A stretch of 45,000 bases of DNA from Candidatus Bathyarchaeota archaeon (GCA_963833125.1 CAWHWX010000017.1:1-45000); one strand, 5' to 3'. Shown: positions 10,153-20,067, counted from the stretch's first letter. Notes: generated by a model from the letters alone, not told the origin. Numbers and translations: made by a program.

Positions 10153-10977
10153 CTAGTCGCTGCTTAAGCTGAGCATACCTTGTTTCGCGGCTGCCTCGCG
10201 AAGAGAGTCGTACCCGTCTTCAGGCTTTAGCCAACGTCGCAGGCCTTCCATTTCAAGTATCGGCCGATGTTTCTCGTTCTCGAATTTCATTGCGAACAGT
10301 GCGTTTGCGAAATGTTGCTGGATTTCTGGACTAAGGCCCACGCGTCCAGTGAACATACAATGGGTAAATGGCGGTGACTGCCAGATTTCCTTCAGGGTGT
10401 GTTCGGGGACGAGTTTTTCTCGTTGAACTCTTTCCAAGAATGGGTTGCCCACTGCTCCGGCATCGGCGGTGCCATCCATCACCGCTCTTAATACGTCAAC
10501 TTCGCTTGTTCCCGTATCGCCATGTTTACCCATGTCGGTATCAAATCTTAACGCCTCGTAGTCAAGGCTCGCTGTCAAACCTTCCTTTTCGAGGAAGTAT
10601 GTGGGGAGGATAGCTGCGTGGGCGCTGTCGCGGCTCCCCAACGCCAGCTTCTTGCCCCTCAAGTCCTTGGGCGTCGAAAGGTCGCCGCCTCTTAGTGTGA
10701 TGATTTTCGTGGTCCAGTTACAGTCGGTGTCGCGCATCGCAATCTTTGAGCATTGACCTTTGCTGAGGAATTCTGATTTCACGTAAGCAAGATTCGTATT
10801 CCAGGCGATGTCGATCTTGCCAGAGAGAAGCATCTCCACCTGTCTCTCGTAGCTTTGGAACAGAACGACGTCAACAGGTAAACGCGCTTCCTCTTTGAAA
10901 TAGCGCCGCATTCCTTCCCATATGGTCACGACTTTCGGATCGTACGCTACGGCACCGAGCCAGATCCGATCGTTCAC
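10153..10977 (-). CDS. PhnD/SsuA-type substrate-binding-fold protein without signal peptide (Rv1680-like)
   Basis: GAVAYDPKVVTIWEG, DIAWNTNLAY, GKHGDTGTSE. Confidence 0.82.
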   Translation of the reverse strand: MNDRIWLGAVAYDPKVVTIWEGMRRYFKEEARLPVDVVLFQSYERQVEMLLSGKIDIAWNTNLAYVKSEFLSKGQCSKIAMRDTDCNWTTKIITLRGGDLSTPKDLRGKKLALGSRDSAHAAILPTYFLEKEGLTASLDYEALRFDTDMGKHGDTGTSEVDVLRAVMDGTADAGAVGNPFLERVQREKLVPEHTLKEIWQSPPFTHCMFTGRVGLSPEIQQHFANALFAMKFENEKHRPILEMEGLRRWLKPEDGYDSLREAAAKQGMLSLSSD

Positions 10978-10992
10978 GTTCGGTTGACTTCC

Positions 10993-12135
10993 TCAGAACA
11001 GGGGGAGTCCAAGTAGGGCTTTTGCGATGAGGTCCAACGTGACGTCAACTGTGGGGGCCATCACTTGCCCGGCCTGTGCGTCACGGAAGAGTCGGTCAAT
11101 GCCTGTCTGCCCTGAAAAGGCGGCGCCGCCGCAAGTAAGCATGGCATTGGCGGTGACATTGATGGCAACCTGGTTCGACGCTGCTTTCGACTCTAGCACT
11201 TGGAGCGTCGGGTCGCTTTCGGAATTTTCCAATTTCGAAACGTAATCCGATATTCGCGCCGCCAAGCCGTCGGTCTCCATTTGCATCGATCCCAACCTGG
11301 CTCTAAGAACAGGTAACGCTTCGCCAAGTGAAACTCCACCCATGTGTTCGAACTTCGAATTCTTGAGATGGTTCGAGGTCGCCTTCACCGCAGCCCGACA
11401 GATTCCCAAAGATGCAGCTGCACATCCCAAATTGAACAAGGGAAGAACGATCTCAACTTTCGCCTTGAAACCGGCGCCCTCTTCCGTCAGAGAGCGATCA
11501 GCGGGGACGAGGCAATTGTTCAGTTCGACAGCGGCTGAGTCGTTCGCCCTCAATCCCATACCATTCCATCTTGATGCAACTCGCACTCCGGGACTCTTCG
11601 AGTCCATAAAGTACAAGGTGGAATCCAACGGCGTCTTGGCGAGATGTGAGCGGGTCGTGACGACGTAGCTATCGGCGTGGCTAGCACTGGTGACCCAAGA
11701 CTTGTAGGCGGTGATTCGAAAGTTTTCCCCGTCCAACTTCGCTTGCGAAACCGGTGCCCAAAAATGGCTGCGTGAACCTTTCTCACTGAACGCTAACGTC
11801 GTAAGATGTTTTCCCACAGCAATTTGTCGAAGAACGGGTTCGAATTTCGCATGATTCGGCGCATTGAGGATGCAGGCGGTGCCTGACATGTGCATCGTGT
11901 AAATTAGCGCCGTCGATGCGTCTGCTTCAGCGATGGCTGCGGTTGCATCAGCAAAGGCCCTAGGTCCGAGGCCGAGGCCTCCCAAATCTTTGGGAACGGT
12001 AAGCCCAAGAAGCCCTGCTTCACCCAATGCGAAGATGGCCTCAGTTGGGAATCTCCCCTCCGCATCATTATTCTGGGCATTAGGTGCTATGATTTCAGTT
12101 GCAATCTTAGTAGCAGATTCGACCGCTTGAATCAT
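10993..12135 (-). CDS. Acyl-CoA dehydrogenase family protein (Rv1679/FadE16-like)
   Basis: LAFSEKGSRSHFWAP, KSWVTSA, WNGMGLRANDS, CGGAAF, RLFRDAQAG.VMAPT. Confidence 0.88.
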   Translation of the reverse strand: MIQAVESATKIATEIIAPNAQNNDAEGRFPTEAIFALGEAGLLGLTVPKDLGGLGLGPRAFADATAAIAEADASTALIYTMHMSGTACILNAPNHAKFEPVLRQIAVGKHLTTLAFSEKGSRSHFWAPVSQAKLDGENFRITAYKSWVTSASHADSYVVTTRSHLAKTPLDSTLYFMDSKSPGVRVASRWNGMGLRANDSAAVELNNCLVPADRSLTEEGAGFKAKVEIVLPLFNLGCAAASLGICRAAVKATSNHLKNSKFEHMGGVSLGEALPVLRARLGSMQMETDGLAARISDYVSKLENSESDPTLQVLESKAASNQVAINVTANAMLTCGGAAFSGQTGIDRLFRDAQAGQVMAPTVDVTLDLIAKALLGLPLF

Positions 12136-12264
12136 GAATGCTCATGCCTGATTTGCTTGTAGACATGAAAAGGCTTTGCCCAAATCGTGCCAGACTTTTG
12201 CTTTGTATGTTTCCAATAATTCCTTTCTGTTAAAGCGCCGGAAAATATTGCTTTTGTTTCAAGG

Positions 12265-12780
12265 TTAGTTGGAGGATTGTTTCTGCGCGGCTTTTTGCGG
12301 CGGCGGTCTGATCTTACATACGCCCGATTTGTTAAGCTGGTACGTTGCCGCGACAAGAATCAACACTGCGGCCACTTTGATTGGGATCTGGTAAGCGTTG
12401 AGCAGGATTCCCACTGCTCCCAGCGCGCCTCCGAGAGTGCCAGCGACGGCTAAGAGGGGAACTAAGTAGTAGCAGGGACAAGCCCCAGCGAGGAGAGCGG
12501 CAATTATCCCAACCGTTCCCGTCTTTGAAGCTTTTCCACCTTGTCTTTGAAGGGAAATTTGTCTTATTGAAACAGTAAGCACTATCGCCGTCAAGATCGT
12601 CAACGCAATATCAAGTAGGAGGCTGGGATACGCTGACGCTTGTACGTAAAAGATGAAGTAGGGCGCGAAGAAGAGGAATGAATCAAAGAAGAGCAGCATT
12701 ACTCCGTAGCAAACCATGATGATCGCGCCTACGAGAACGTATCTGGCGTCATGGAAGGTGTCTAGTATTGGAGAGGGCAT
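12265..12780 (-). CDS. Membrane protein with a CPC motif
   Basis: About 4 TM segments, GACPCYY, C-terminal C-K-I. Confidence 0.7.
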   Translation of the reverse strand: MPSPILDTFHDARYVLVGAIIMVCYGVMLLFFDSFLFFAPYFIFYVQASAYPSLLLDIALTILTAIVLTVSIRQISLQRQGGKASKTGTVGIIAALLAGACPCYYLVPLLAVAGTLGGALGAVGILLNAYQIPIKVAAVLILVAATYQLNKSGVCKIRPPPQKAAQKQSSN

Positions 12781-12791
12781 GTTCGGGGAGC

Positions 12792-13613
12792 CTAACTATT
12801 TGCTTCCTTTCTGTTGCGGATTGTCATAATGACTAATGCTGTTGCCAAACCAACGATTAGAATCGTGGCGGAGCTTGGGTATTCGGGGGTGGGCGAACCG
12901 CCTACTTGAGTGACTGCCTGCTCAAATACTACTTCCGGCTGATCGCCCGCGATGGTTACGATGTTTCCGTTTGATCCGACGACGAAGAATGTGGGTGTTT
13001 CAGTTACTCCTGCTTGTACTCCCAAGCTATGGTTTGCGTTGATGAGTGAGTCGAATTTTCCGCTATTGAACGATTGGTTGAATTGGGTCATGTCCAATCC
13101 TAACTGTGCAGCCAACGCCACTAAGTTTTGTCTGCTAGCCCAACCGTTGTTTGCAGTCTGCTGACTTTTGAATAGGAGATCATGGAACTGCCAAAACTTC
13201 CCTTGTTCACCTGCGGCGTACGCTGCCTCCGACGCAGAGATCGAGTCAGCTCCGTAGATGACGAAATCTCTCCATACCAGTTTAGCCTTCCCCGTATTAA
13301 CAAGATTCTGGATCACTGAGGATTCTTGTGAGTTGAACCAGGCGTCGCATGTTGGACATTGGTAGTCTCCGAAGTCCACAATTGTCACCGATGCGGTTGG
13401 TGATCCGAGCGTCGGTGGCGATCCCGCCAGTAAGCTCGTCGCCAAACCAGAAGTGGTTGAAGTCTGTTGAATTTGTATGCCATTCCTGATGTGCGGTGTC
13501 GAGTATGCGGGTGTCAGAAGATAGGTACCGACTCCGCTTAGGATTGTGACTAGGAGGAGAATGATTGTTACATGAGTGGTTGTCTTACGGTTGATTAAGA
13601 ATTTGCCCGTCAA
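12792..13613 (-). CDS. DsbA-family thioredoxin with PEF-CTERM-like sorting signal
   Basis: GDYQCPTC, EQGKFW, GVTETPTF. The C-terminus is PEYP + TM helix + RNRK. Confidence 0.88.
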   Translation of the reverse strand: MTGKFLINRKTTTHVTIILLLVTILSGVGTYLLTPAYSTPHIRNGIQIQQTSTTSGLATSLLAGSPPTLGSPTASVTIVDFGDYQCPTCDAWFNSQESSVIQNLVNTGKAKLVWRDFVIYGADSISASEAAYAAGEQGKFWQFHDLLFKSQQTANNGWASRQNLVALAAQLGLDMTQFNQSFNSGKFDSLINANHSLGVQAGVTETPTFFVVGSNGNIVTIAGDQPEVVFEQAVTQVGGSPTPEYPSSATILIVGLATALVIMTIRNRKEANS

Positions 13614-13754
13614 TTCACATTCCCGCCCGAAGCAGAGAAAGTCGAAAGTAGCCTAATATTCTTTGACCAGATTCTCCCCCTAAAAATAGCCGAAGTCCAT
13701 TACGAAAACCATCACGAATGCTTGCTTTGCGGAACAGTTCTGCTGGATAACAAT

Positions 13755-14954
13755 TCAGTAGAAGGCGTACCAATTTACAAAAAGAGCCGTGCCTATGGTC
13801 AACAGGACGAGGAAAACAGCACAGATCAAAACCCTCACTCCGGACAATTGCGACAATTTCGACAGACTCCAGTAAATCGGCACCAACGTAATCGAATAAC
13901 GTGCGAAGGATATTATTGGGGGAGTAAACAGGTATAGGATGAGCAGACAGATTGCGTAAACGCCGATTGCCTTTTCCGCTTCATTCCTCGCCGTTGAAAC
14001 AGCCCCGACTACTCCACCTATGCCCAGCACTAGGAACGGGATGGTCATCGGATGGTCGCGTATCTCGCGTATAGCCAAGACTAGCAAATCATGCGGATTG
14101 TAACTCACTCCAAAAAAAGCGCGTTCGGCAATGAAGTTGGCGTAGGGAGTTCCCGTCATGATTTGGCTATAAACCATGAAGCTTAGGTAGCCCAACAGGA
14201 TGCAAACGATCGGCAAGTACATGGGTAGAGATTTTCGTCGCGACGAGTTGACCAGTGTCTCGTACAGGTAGGGGATTACGAGAAAGATGCCTACGGGTCT
14301 GGTCAAAGCGGCAAGGAAGCCCAAAATCCCGCTCGTGTAAGTTCTTCCTAGATACCAGTAATACAACGAACTAAGGGTCAGTAAGAGGAACAGGGATTCA
14401 GAGTAGACGGCAGAGAGGAAGACGCCAGCTGGATAGATGGCTAGGAAGAGCGCTGAATCGGAAGCGATTCTCACGCTGCCAAACACTCGTTCAGACAACC
14501 TGTAAAGGTAGTAGACGGAGCCTAGGAAGGCAAGGTTGCTCACGGCGAATCCTGCAACATAAACCGCCAACTTGAGAGGTATGAGAGAAGTAATCGAGAG
14601 TAGACGCCCGGTGGTTCCGATGAGGATAGGATAAAATGGAAAGAATTCCCACCTGGCTGTGATCGAGGTGGTATAACCGTATAGTGCGATATCTGCGTAA
14701 AAGCCGCTGTCCCATCGTGAAAAGAGGTTGAAGAAAGGAAGGGGGAGGGTCCAGCAGCCGAAAGAGTTGCATAATGGGGTGACTCCGAAGATGTGGTTAG
14801 AAGCGGCCGCGACAGCGAAGACGAACAGTCGAGAAGCAATGGCAATGAGGAGAACAGAACTCAATGGCCTTCGGTTCAGTGATTGATGTGTGATACGCGT
14901 TATTCTCAGGGTGGAGAACCGGCCATTCTCTTCCTCGTGACCGAGAACCGACAA
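13755..14954 (-). CDS. GT-C mannosyltransferase (PIG-V-like)
   Basis: RWDSGFY..IA..GY, FFPFYP, YSESLF, TRPVG; polytopic. Confidence 0.85.
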   Translation of the reverse strand: MSVLGHEEENGRFSTLRITRITHQSLNRRPLSSVLLIAIASRLFVFAVAAASNHIFGVTPLCNSFGCWTLPLPFFNLFSRWDSGFYADIALYGYTTSITARWEFFPFYPILIGTTGRLLSITSLIPLKLAVYVAGFAVSNLAFLGSVYYLYRLSERVFGSVRIASDSALFLAIYPAGVFLSAVYSESLFLLLTLSSLYYWYLGRTYTSGILGFLAALTRPVGIFLVIPYLYETLVNSSRRKSLPMYLPIVCILLGYLSFMVYSQIMTGTPYANFIAERAFFGVSYNPHDLLVLAIREIRDHPMTIPFLVLGIGGVVGAVSTARNEAEKAIGVYAICLLILYLFTPPIISFARYSITLVPIYWSLSKLSQLSGVRVLICAVFLVLLTIGTALFVNWYAFY

Positions 14955-14969
14955 TCGACTCTGCCCGAC

Positions 14970-15683
14970 CTAGACTTTAGGGTTGTTTTGCTGCTCCGTT
15001 TGCATAATCAAAGAGGCTATTCCCATCTCGCGTAGCACGTTACGTGTTTTCTCCGGAATCCAATCCGCACCTGAATCCTCCAGCCCATTGATGAGAGTGA
15101 TGAGCTTCATGAGGTCTTCTGGCATATCCACATCGAATTGAGGCTCTAGGAATTTGTAACTAAGGCGAGCACTTTGTAGCAAACGAATAAGTTCCTGGGT
15201 TTCTTCAGAGCTCGGGAGAGAAAATACTTTCGACACGGGTACAGGGTGCGACGAGAAGCCGAGAAGATAGAATCCGCCGTTGACATTTGGGCCGACCACT
15301 GCCCCGTGCTCCTTTAGGAGGTCGAGGGTTTTTCGTAGGAATTTGGGGGATAAGTGCGGTGCATCTGTTCCGACGATGACTAGAGGCGTTTCCTTCGGTA
15401 ATCGATTCGCCGCGTCCTCCAAAGCCGCGTCGAAACGTTCCGCAAACGAGTTACCGCGTTGTGCGAAGCAGATGTCGGCGAGTAGTTGTTCCGGAAAATG
15501 AGGGCCGGGGGTGTGGGCTAATACGGTATTTGCCCCGGATTGGCGCGCAGCTGAGAGCGTGTCGGTGAGGAATGCCCGGTAGAGAGAAAGCGCCAGCTGC
15601 TTGCCGATGCGAGCCTCAAGGCGAGTCTTTACACATCCGAGCTCAGGCCTACGTGCAAAAACCAGAACCGCTCCGTCGGCTAT
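14970..15683 (-). CDS. DUF2064 / TIGR04282-like GT-A-fold protein, apparent ATA start
   Basis: The frame of ORF 14970-15422 is open upstream through VFARRPELGCVKTRL...LYRAFLTDT...QRGNSFAERF. It also has GTDAP, GP...GGFYLLG and DVD.PEDL. Confidence 0.8.
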   Translation of the reverse strand: MADGAVLVFARRPELGCVKTRLEARIGKQLALSLYRAFLTDTLSAARQSGANTVLAHTPGPHFPEQLLADICFAQRGNSFAERFDAALEDAANRLPKETPLVIVGTDAPHLSPKFLRKTLDLLKEHGAVVGPNVNGGFYLLGFSSHPVPVSKVFSLPSSEETQELIRLLQSARLSYKFLEPQFDVDMPEDLMKLITLINGLEDSGADWIPEKTRNVLREMGIASLIMQTEQQNNPKV

Positions 15684-16382
15684 TTTTTCTTCCTCCTGAA
15701 CCGCAAAGCAAGGAGGACAGTAATCATCGTTGCGCCTGCCTGCAAGGAAGCAGTTATTGACCCTGTAACTTTGGATTGTCCGCCGGCCCGACGACGTTGA
15801 ATTACATCAACTTCCTCCACGCCGGCCGCCCTCTCGTATTGCGAGAACTACCATTTCTATAGGGAAACCGTAAGTTCTTTCCGAGAGTGCTAGGTTTCTG
15901 AGGAAAGACCAACGAACTGCACGGTACGGTGAAATGTCTCTGAGGTTGACGCCATATAATCGACTCAGCATGAAACTTACAACTCCGTTTCCGACCCTTT
16001 GATGGATAGCCAACGCACCCGGTTCAACCGGTACACGTCTTCCGAGTACCAAATCTGCGCTTCCAGCCTCAACGGGCGCGGTTATTTTTCGTATTTCTGC
16101 CGAATCCTGAGATCCGTCGCAGTCAGCAATAGCTACGATTGAAGGAGGTCGAGCGTTGAGATAGGAGAGTCCCGCAAGACAAGCGTTACCATAGCCACGC
16201 CTATCCTCATGAACTACCTCCGCCCCCGCGTTCTCGGCCGCTTGCGCTGTGCCGTCGGTGCTTCCGTTATCCACGACCACAACACGAATCCCTTCGCGAA
16301 GAAAACCCTCGACAACCTGTTTCACACATTCAACTTCATTCAGCGCGGGCAGAATCACCGCAACATCATCTGACAATGCCAA
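15680..16382 (-). CDS. Family 2 glycosyltransferase (polyprenol-P-mannose synthase-like), frameshift near 15822
   Basis: PALNE, VDNGSTDGT, GYGNAC, DCDGS. After the slip it continues VEEVDV..RRRAGGQSKVTG to TAG at 15680-15682. Confidence 0.85.
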
Positions 16383-16451
16383 CTTCCTCGCGAATTCCTA
16401 CCACACTTAGTTTATCCTTCCGAAGAAAGATTAAATTCAGTTGCGCTAGGG

Positions 16452-17090
16452 TTGGGTTGGTTAGGTTTGTCTCGACGTAACATAATTGTCCCCGTCATCG
16501 TGGTTGTGGTAGTTATTATTGCCCTTCTCTCGGTTACATACCCGTCAATTGTAACCTCGAATATGAGTACTCAACCCATACCAAACTTTGCAACCTACAC
16601 GACTCAATACGCTACTGGTTACCCGCAAATGTCGGCGTCAACCGTTTTAGCTGGCTACTCGACAACGACTGCCTGGTATCCAGGCGACCCAATTTGTGAC
16701 CCAACATCAAATGCCTGCACGCCATACCCAACCCCAACAGCTACATTCGTCTACGCTCAATCAGCAACATACAGCTACCAAGTAACCATAAACAGCCAGA
16801 GCACATCCACCTACACAACCGAATTTACCGGTTTCTCAACACAAACCAACTATCAGACCATTCCACCATATGCGGCAGCGGGCCTCAGCGACTTAGAATT
16901 TGGACTGATCGCGTTGCTAATCCTGGCCGTCGTCGCGGCCGCTATACTATTTCTGTTTGTAAAAGGTGCGGCGAATCAGTCTGGCGGACCCAAGATGGCA
17001 TCCAGAACCGTCAGGTATTGTCAACAATGCGGAGCCGAAAATCGGAAGTCTGATGAGTTCTGCGCCAAATGCGGGGCTGCGCTTGAATAA
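16452..17090 (+). CDS. Membrane protein with Thr/Ser-rich exodomain and C-terminal zinc ribbon
   Basis: Two TM segments; YCQQCG...FCAKCG. Confidence 0.75.
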   Translation: MGWLGLSRRNIIVPVIVVVVVIIALLSVTYPSIVTSNMSTQPIPNFATYTTQYATGYPQMSASTVLAGYSTTTAWYPGDPICDPTSNACTPYPTPTATFVYAQSATYSYQVTINSQSTSTYTTEFTGFSTQTNYQTIPPYAAAGLSDLEFGLIALLILAVVAAAILFLFVKGAANQSGGPKMASRTVRYCQQCGAENRKSDEFCAKCGAALE

Positions 17091-17121
17091 CCTAACTTAA
17101 GGCGCTCGTTATCCGCGAACG

Positions 17122-17802
17122 ATGCGCACGCAGGTGTTAGCTATGAAGTTCACCCATCTTACCTTTGATTGCTACGGAACTCTGATCGATTGGAGGAATG
17201 GAATAGAATCTCACCTAGGCGACCTACTCCGGAAAAACGGGCTGGCTCAGGGTGTCAGCGTATACCCAATCTACTTGAGATTCGAGGCCGAGGAGGAGGG
17301 AAAATACAAGTCCTACAGGGATATTTTGACAGATACCGCGATGAAGTCAGCGGGTCATTTCAGAATCTCGATAACGAAAGAGGAGGCTAGAGAGTTCGCG
17401 GCGAGCGTTCCCTCATGGGAGCCATTTGGCGATACGTTAGAATCTCTTAGACGAATGGGCGAGAGAGGATACAAACGTATCATTCTATCTAACATTGACA
17501 GAGACTTACTGCGAGACACAATTAATCAGAATCGGTTGGAGGTTGACGGATACGTTACCGCCGAGGATGTTGGCTCATACAAGCCTGCTCTTGGGCATTG
17601 GAATAGGTTCTTCGACGAGTACAAAGCTACGAAGAATGGCACTCTTCACGTAGCACAGAGCTTATACCACGACATCAGGCCCGCAAGTAGTATCGGGGTT
17701 GCTACTGCCTGGATAAACCGGTATTCGGATGCGAAGCCTTCAGAGATTAATCCGACATATGTCGTTCCCGATTTGAGGAGCCTTCTGAGAGCTTTAGGTT
17801 AG
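17122..17802 (+). CDS. HAD-superfamily hydrolase (haloacid dehalogenase type II-like)
   Basis: TFDCYGTLIDW, LSNID, SYKP, HVAQSLYHDI. Confidence 0.9.
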   Translation: MRTQVLAMKFTHLTFDCYGTLIDWRNGIESHLGDLLRKNGLAQGVSVYPIYLRFEAEEEGKYKSYRDILTDTAMKSAGHFRISITKEEAREFAASVPSWEPFGDTLESLRRMGERGYKRIILSNIDRDLLRDTINQNRLEVDGYVTAEDVGSYKPALGHWNRFFDEYKATKNGTLHVAQSLYHDIRPASSIGVATAWINRYSDAKPSEINPTYVVPDLRSLLRALG

Positions 17803-17874
17803 GTTCTTAGAGAGAAAAGAGACGGACCAGACGCAAGTCTGGCCTTGAACTGACGCTTTCGGAGTATCGGACAC

Positions 17875-18021
17875 TTACAGAACTGGGATGGGCGGTTCTG
17901 AGTACATGACGGGTATCGGGAATCTGTACAGTGCGGGTTTAACCGGGTAATAGAGTGTGGTGGGTTGTATTTGGCATTCAGCCGGCATCATTACCGGAGA
18001 TAGGAAGTAAACATATTCCAT
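17875..18021 (-). CDS. 48-aa Pro/Tyr-rich peptide MEYVYFLSPVMMPAECQIQPTTLYYPVKPALYRFPIPVMYSEPPIPVL
   Basis: Read by hand in an otherwise empty 480-bp gap; biased composition. Confidence 0.4.
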   Translation of the reverse strand: MEYVYFLSPVMMPAECQIQPTTLYYPVKPALYRFPIPVMYSEPPIPVL

Positions 18022-18282
18022 TGTATTCGCCTTCACTGATTGCGAACCGTCGGACGCGTGATAAACGTTGTGTGAGCGGACTTAATTTTCGTGGGAGTTT
18101 CATCTTGACCAGACCTGTATAAATCGACATCTCGGTGTCAACGAGTTTTGACTCACAAATGCTTGCATAACTCAACCTTAAGGAACTGTAGGTCCATTTC
18201 TTGGCGAGTTTGAGCCTACTGGTTGTGCGGCAATCGTTATGTGATTCTTAGGCCGACGATTAATGTCTATTGAGGATTCATA

Positions 18283-19176
18283 ATGGAACCTGCCTTAATC
18301 CCCGGTATCCCAGCGCCAGTAATCGTAGAGAGACCAGGCGGCAAACCTGTACTCATTAGCCCTGCAGAAGTTAATGGGGCACACGACTACGCGGTTATCG
18401 GATACATACTCGTATTGCTAATGACGGTCCCCTGGTTCATCATAGTTTTGACGATCGGAGCCTTCGGGGTTCTCGCTTCACCGTATCTCCCCTTCCCAGT
18501 CATCCTGCCCCCCGCCTTACCAGCTTACTTGGCCGCCGTCCCATTGATAGGCCCAATTCTGATACTGCTCACCTTCCCGGGAGTCGGGTTGCCCGCGTCA
18601 TGGTTCGTGTATCTTGCGGTTGGTGCGGGAGGTTTGCTAATTGGAATTATCTTTCTGCTTCTGATCTACTTCCAAACGGTTCGCGCGATCAGCAGAGGTC
18701 GCTACGCAAGAGCCCGCGGAGGAACACTATTCTGGGCTGTTCTATTCATCATACCAGTATTCGCAATACTCGTCAGCCCAACAATCTTCTACCCAGCAGT
18801 ACTCCTACTACTCCCAGCATTCTTCTTCCTAATGGCATATGGTAGATTAGGAGAAGTAATCGCGAAATATGGCCCAGTTGCTGTTCTTGGAGAAGCCCTT
18901 CCGGGGATGGGAATTGGACCAGCACCGCCCACACCCATGGCCGCCGGCCCACCAATCCTACCTGGCCCACCCGGACCTATGGGACCTATGGCAATGGGTG
19001 GCCCGATGATGCCACCAATGATGCCACCAATGGGCCCAACCCAGCCACCAATGCCTGAGCCTCAGGCCGTAGGCCCTAGAATGCCACAGTGCCCCACTTG
19101 TGGACGAGATCTATACTATTCGGCAAATCATCGACGCTGGTACTGCCAGACGTGTGACGCTGGCACTCACGCCTAG
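18283..19176 (+). CDS. Polytopic membrane protein with Pro/Met/Gly-rich linker and C-terminal zinc ribbon
   Basis: Multiple TM segments, PGPMGPM.. low-complexity tract, CPTCG...WYCQTC. Confidence 0.78.
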   Translation: MEPALIPGIPAPVIVERPGGKPVLISPAEVNGAHDYAVIGYILVLLMTVPWFIIVLTIGAFGVLASPYLPFPVILPPALPAYLAAVPLIGPILILLTFPGVGLPASWFVYLAVGAGGLLIGIIFLLLIYFQTVRAISRGRYARARGGTLFWAVLFIIPVFAILVSPTIFYPAVLLLLPAFFFLMAYGRLGEVIAKYGPVAVLGEALPGMGIGPAPPTPMAAGPPILPGPPGPMGPMAMGGPMMPPMMPPMGPTQPPMPEPQAVGPRMPQCPTCGRDLYYSANHRRWYCQTCDAGTHA

Positions 19177-19182
19177 GTCAGA

Positions 19183-20067
19183 TCACCCGAACGCTTTCAA
19201 TTGTTTCACGTGCCCCAAGTACGTCCCATCGAGCAGGTGGACTTCGGCATCGTCGATGTCCACCGCACCTGACCTAAGAATTGGGCCCAATCCCTCTCCC
19301 GCATGAGTTTCCTCGATTCTCCGCGAGTTAACAGGACGCCCACCCAAGAAATCATTGAATGGTGGAACGAATATGCACTTGGTTGCCGCAGGTTTAACGT
19401 GATACTTTTCTGCGAGAACCTCCTCCGCGTCTCCCTTCACCCGATCCCCCGCGGCCTTCAGTACTCCACTGAGAAGCTTCCTCGAATCACACGGGGCCAT
19501 AACCCAAGCCGGGCGCGTCAGCCTGTAACCTAACGCGTCGCGCAAGGTCACCGCAGGGTGCAGGTGGCCAAGGATCAGGGTCTCGCATCCGATAATCTCA
19601 GGTGTCGGCCATGCGTGGCCGTGGAACAATCCAAATCGTTTCCACAATGCGAGACCAGTCGACGGAATCAACTCGACTTTTGATGGGGTGAGTGGTTCAA
19701 GGTTACCGTCATGATTCCCTAATATGATCTGGATAACCGGCACCCGTTTCAGTAGTGCTTCGAAGAATTCTGGGACATCGCGCCACTCCTCGAGTTCCGC
19801 ACCTGTTACACTATGTTTAACGTCGCCCAGCATCAAAAGACGCGTAGGTTTAACGGCGTCTATAATTGCCAACAGCCTTTGAAGCATTTTGCCGGTTTGG
19901 GAAGGGATGTGGATGCCTTGTTGTGCGAGTGTGACCTCCCACCCAATATGAAGGTCCCCAAGAACAACCACCTTCTCAGTCTTATGTCTCAGCAGTAGGG
20001 CGGGTTCAGATCCGATCGGTTTGAGGGCGTTCATTTGAGATCTTTCATTTGGTGGGACAGCTTTCAT
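19183..20067 (-). CDS. Calcineurin-like metallophosphoesterase
   Basis: DLHIG, LGDVKH, GNHDG, HGH, GHLHP. Confidence 0.9.
   Translation of the reverse strand: MKAVPPNERSQMNALKPIGSEPALLLRHKTEKVVVLGDLHIGWEVTLAQQGIHIPSQTGKMLQRLLAIIDAVKPTRLLMLGDVKHSVTGAELEEWRDVPEFFEALLKRVPVIQIILGNHDGNLEPLTPSKVELIPSTGLALWKRFGLFHGHAWPTPEIIGCETLILGHLHPAVTLRDALGYRLTRPAWVMAPCDSRKLLSGVLKAAGDRVKGDAEEVLAEKYHVKPAATKCIFVPPFNDFLGGRPVNSRRIEETHAGEGLGPILRSGAVDIDDAEVHLLDGTYLGHVKQLKAFG

Noticed and set aside
18900-19060. Tandem DNA repeat (ATGCCACCA units)
   Set aside because: It simply encodes the Pro/Met-rich linker of the 18283-19176 protein.
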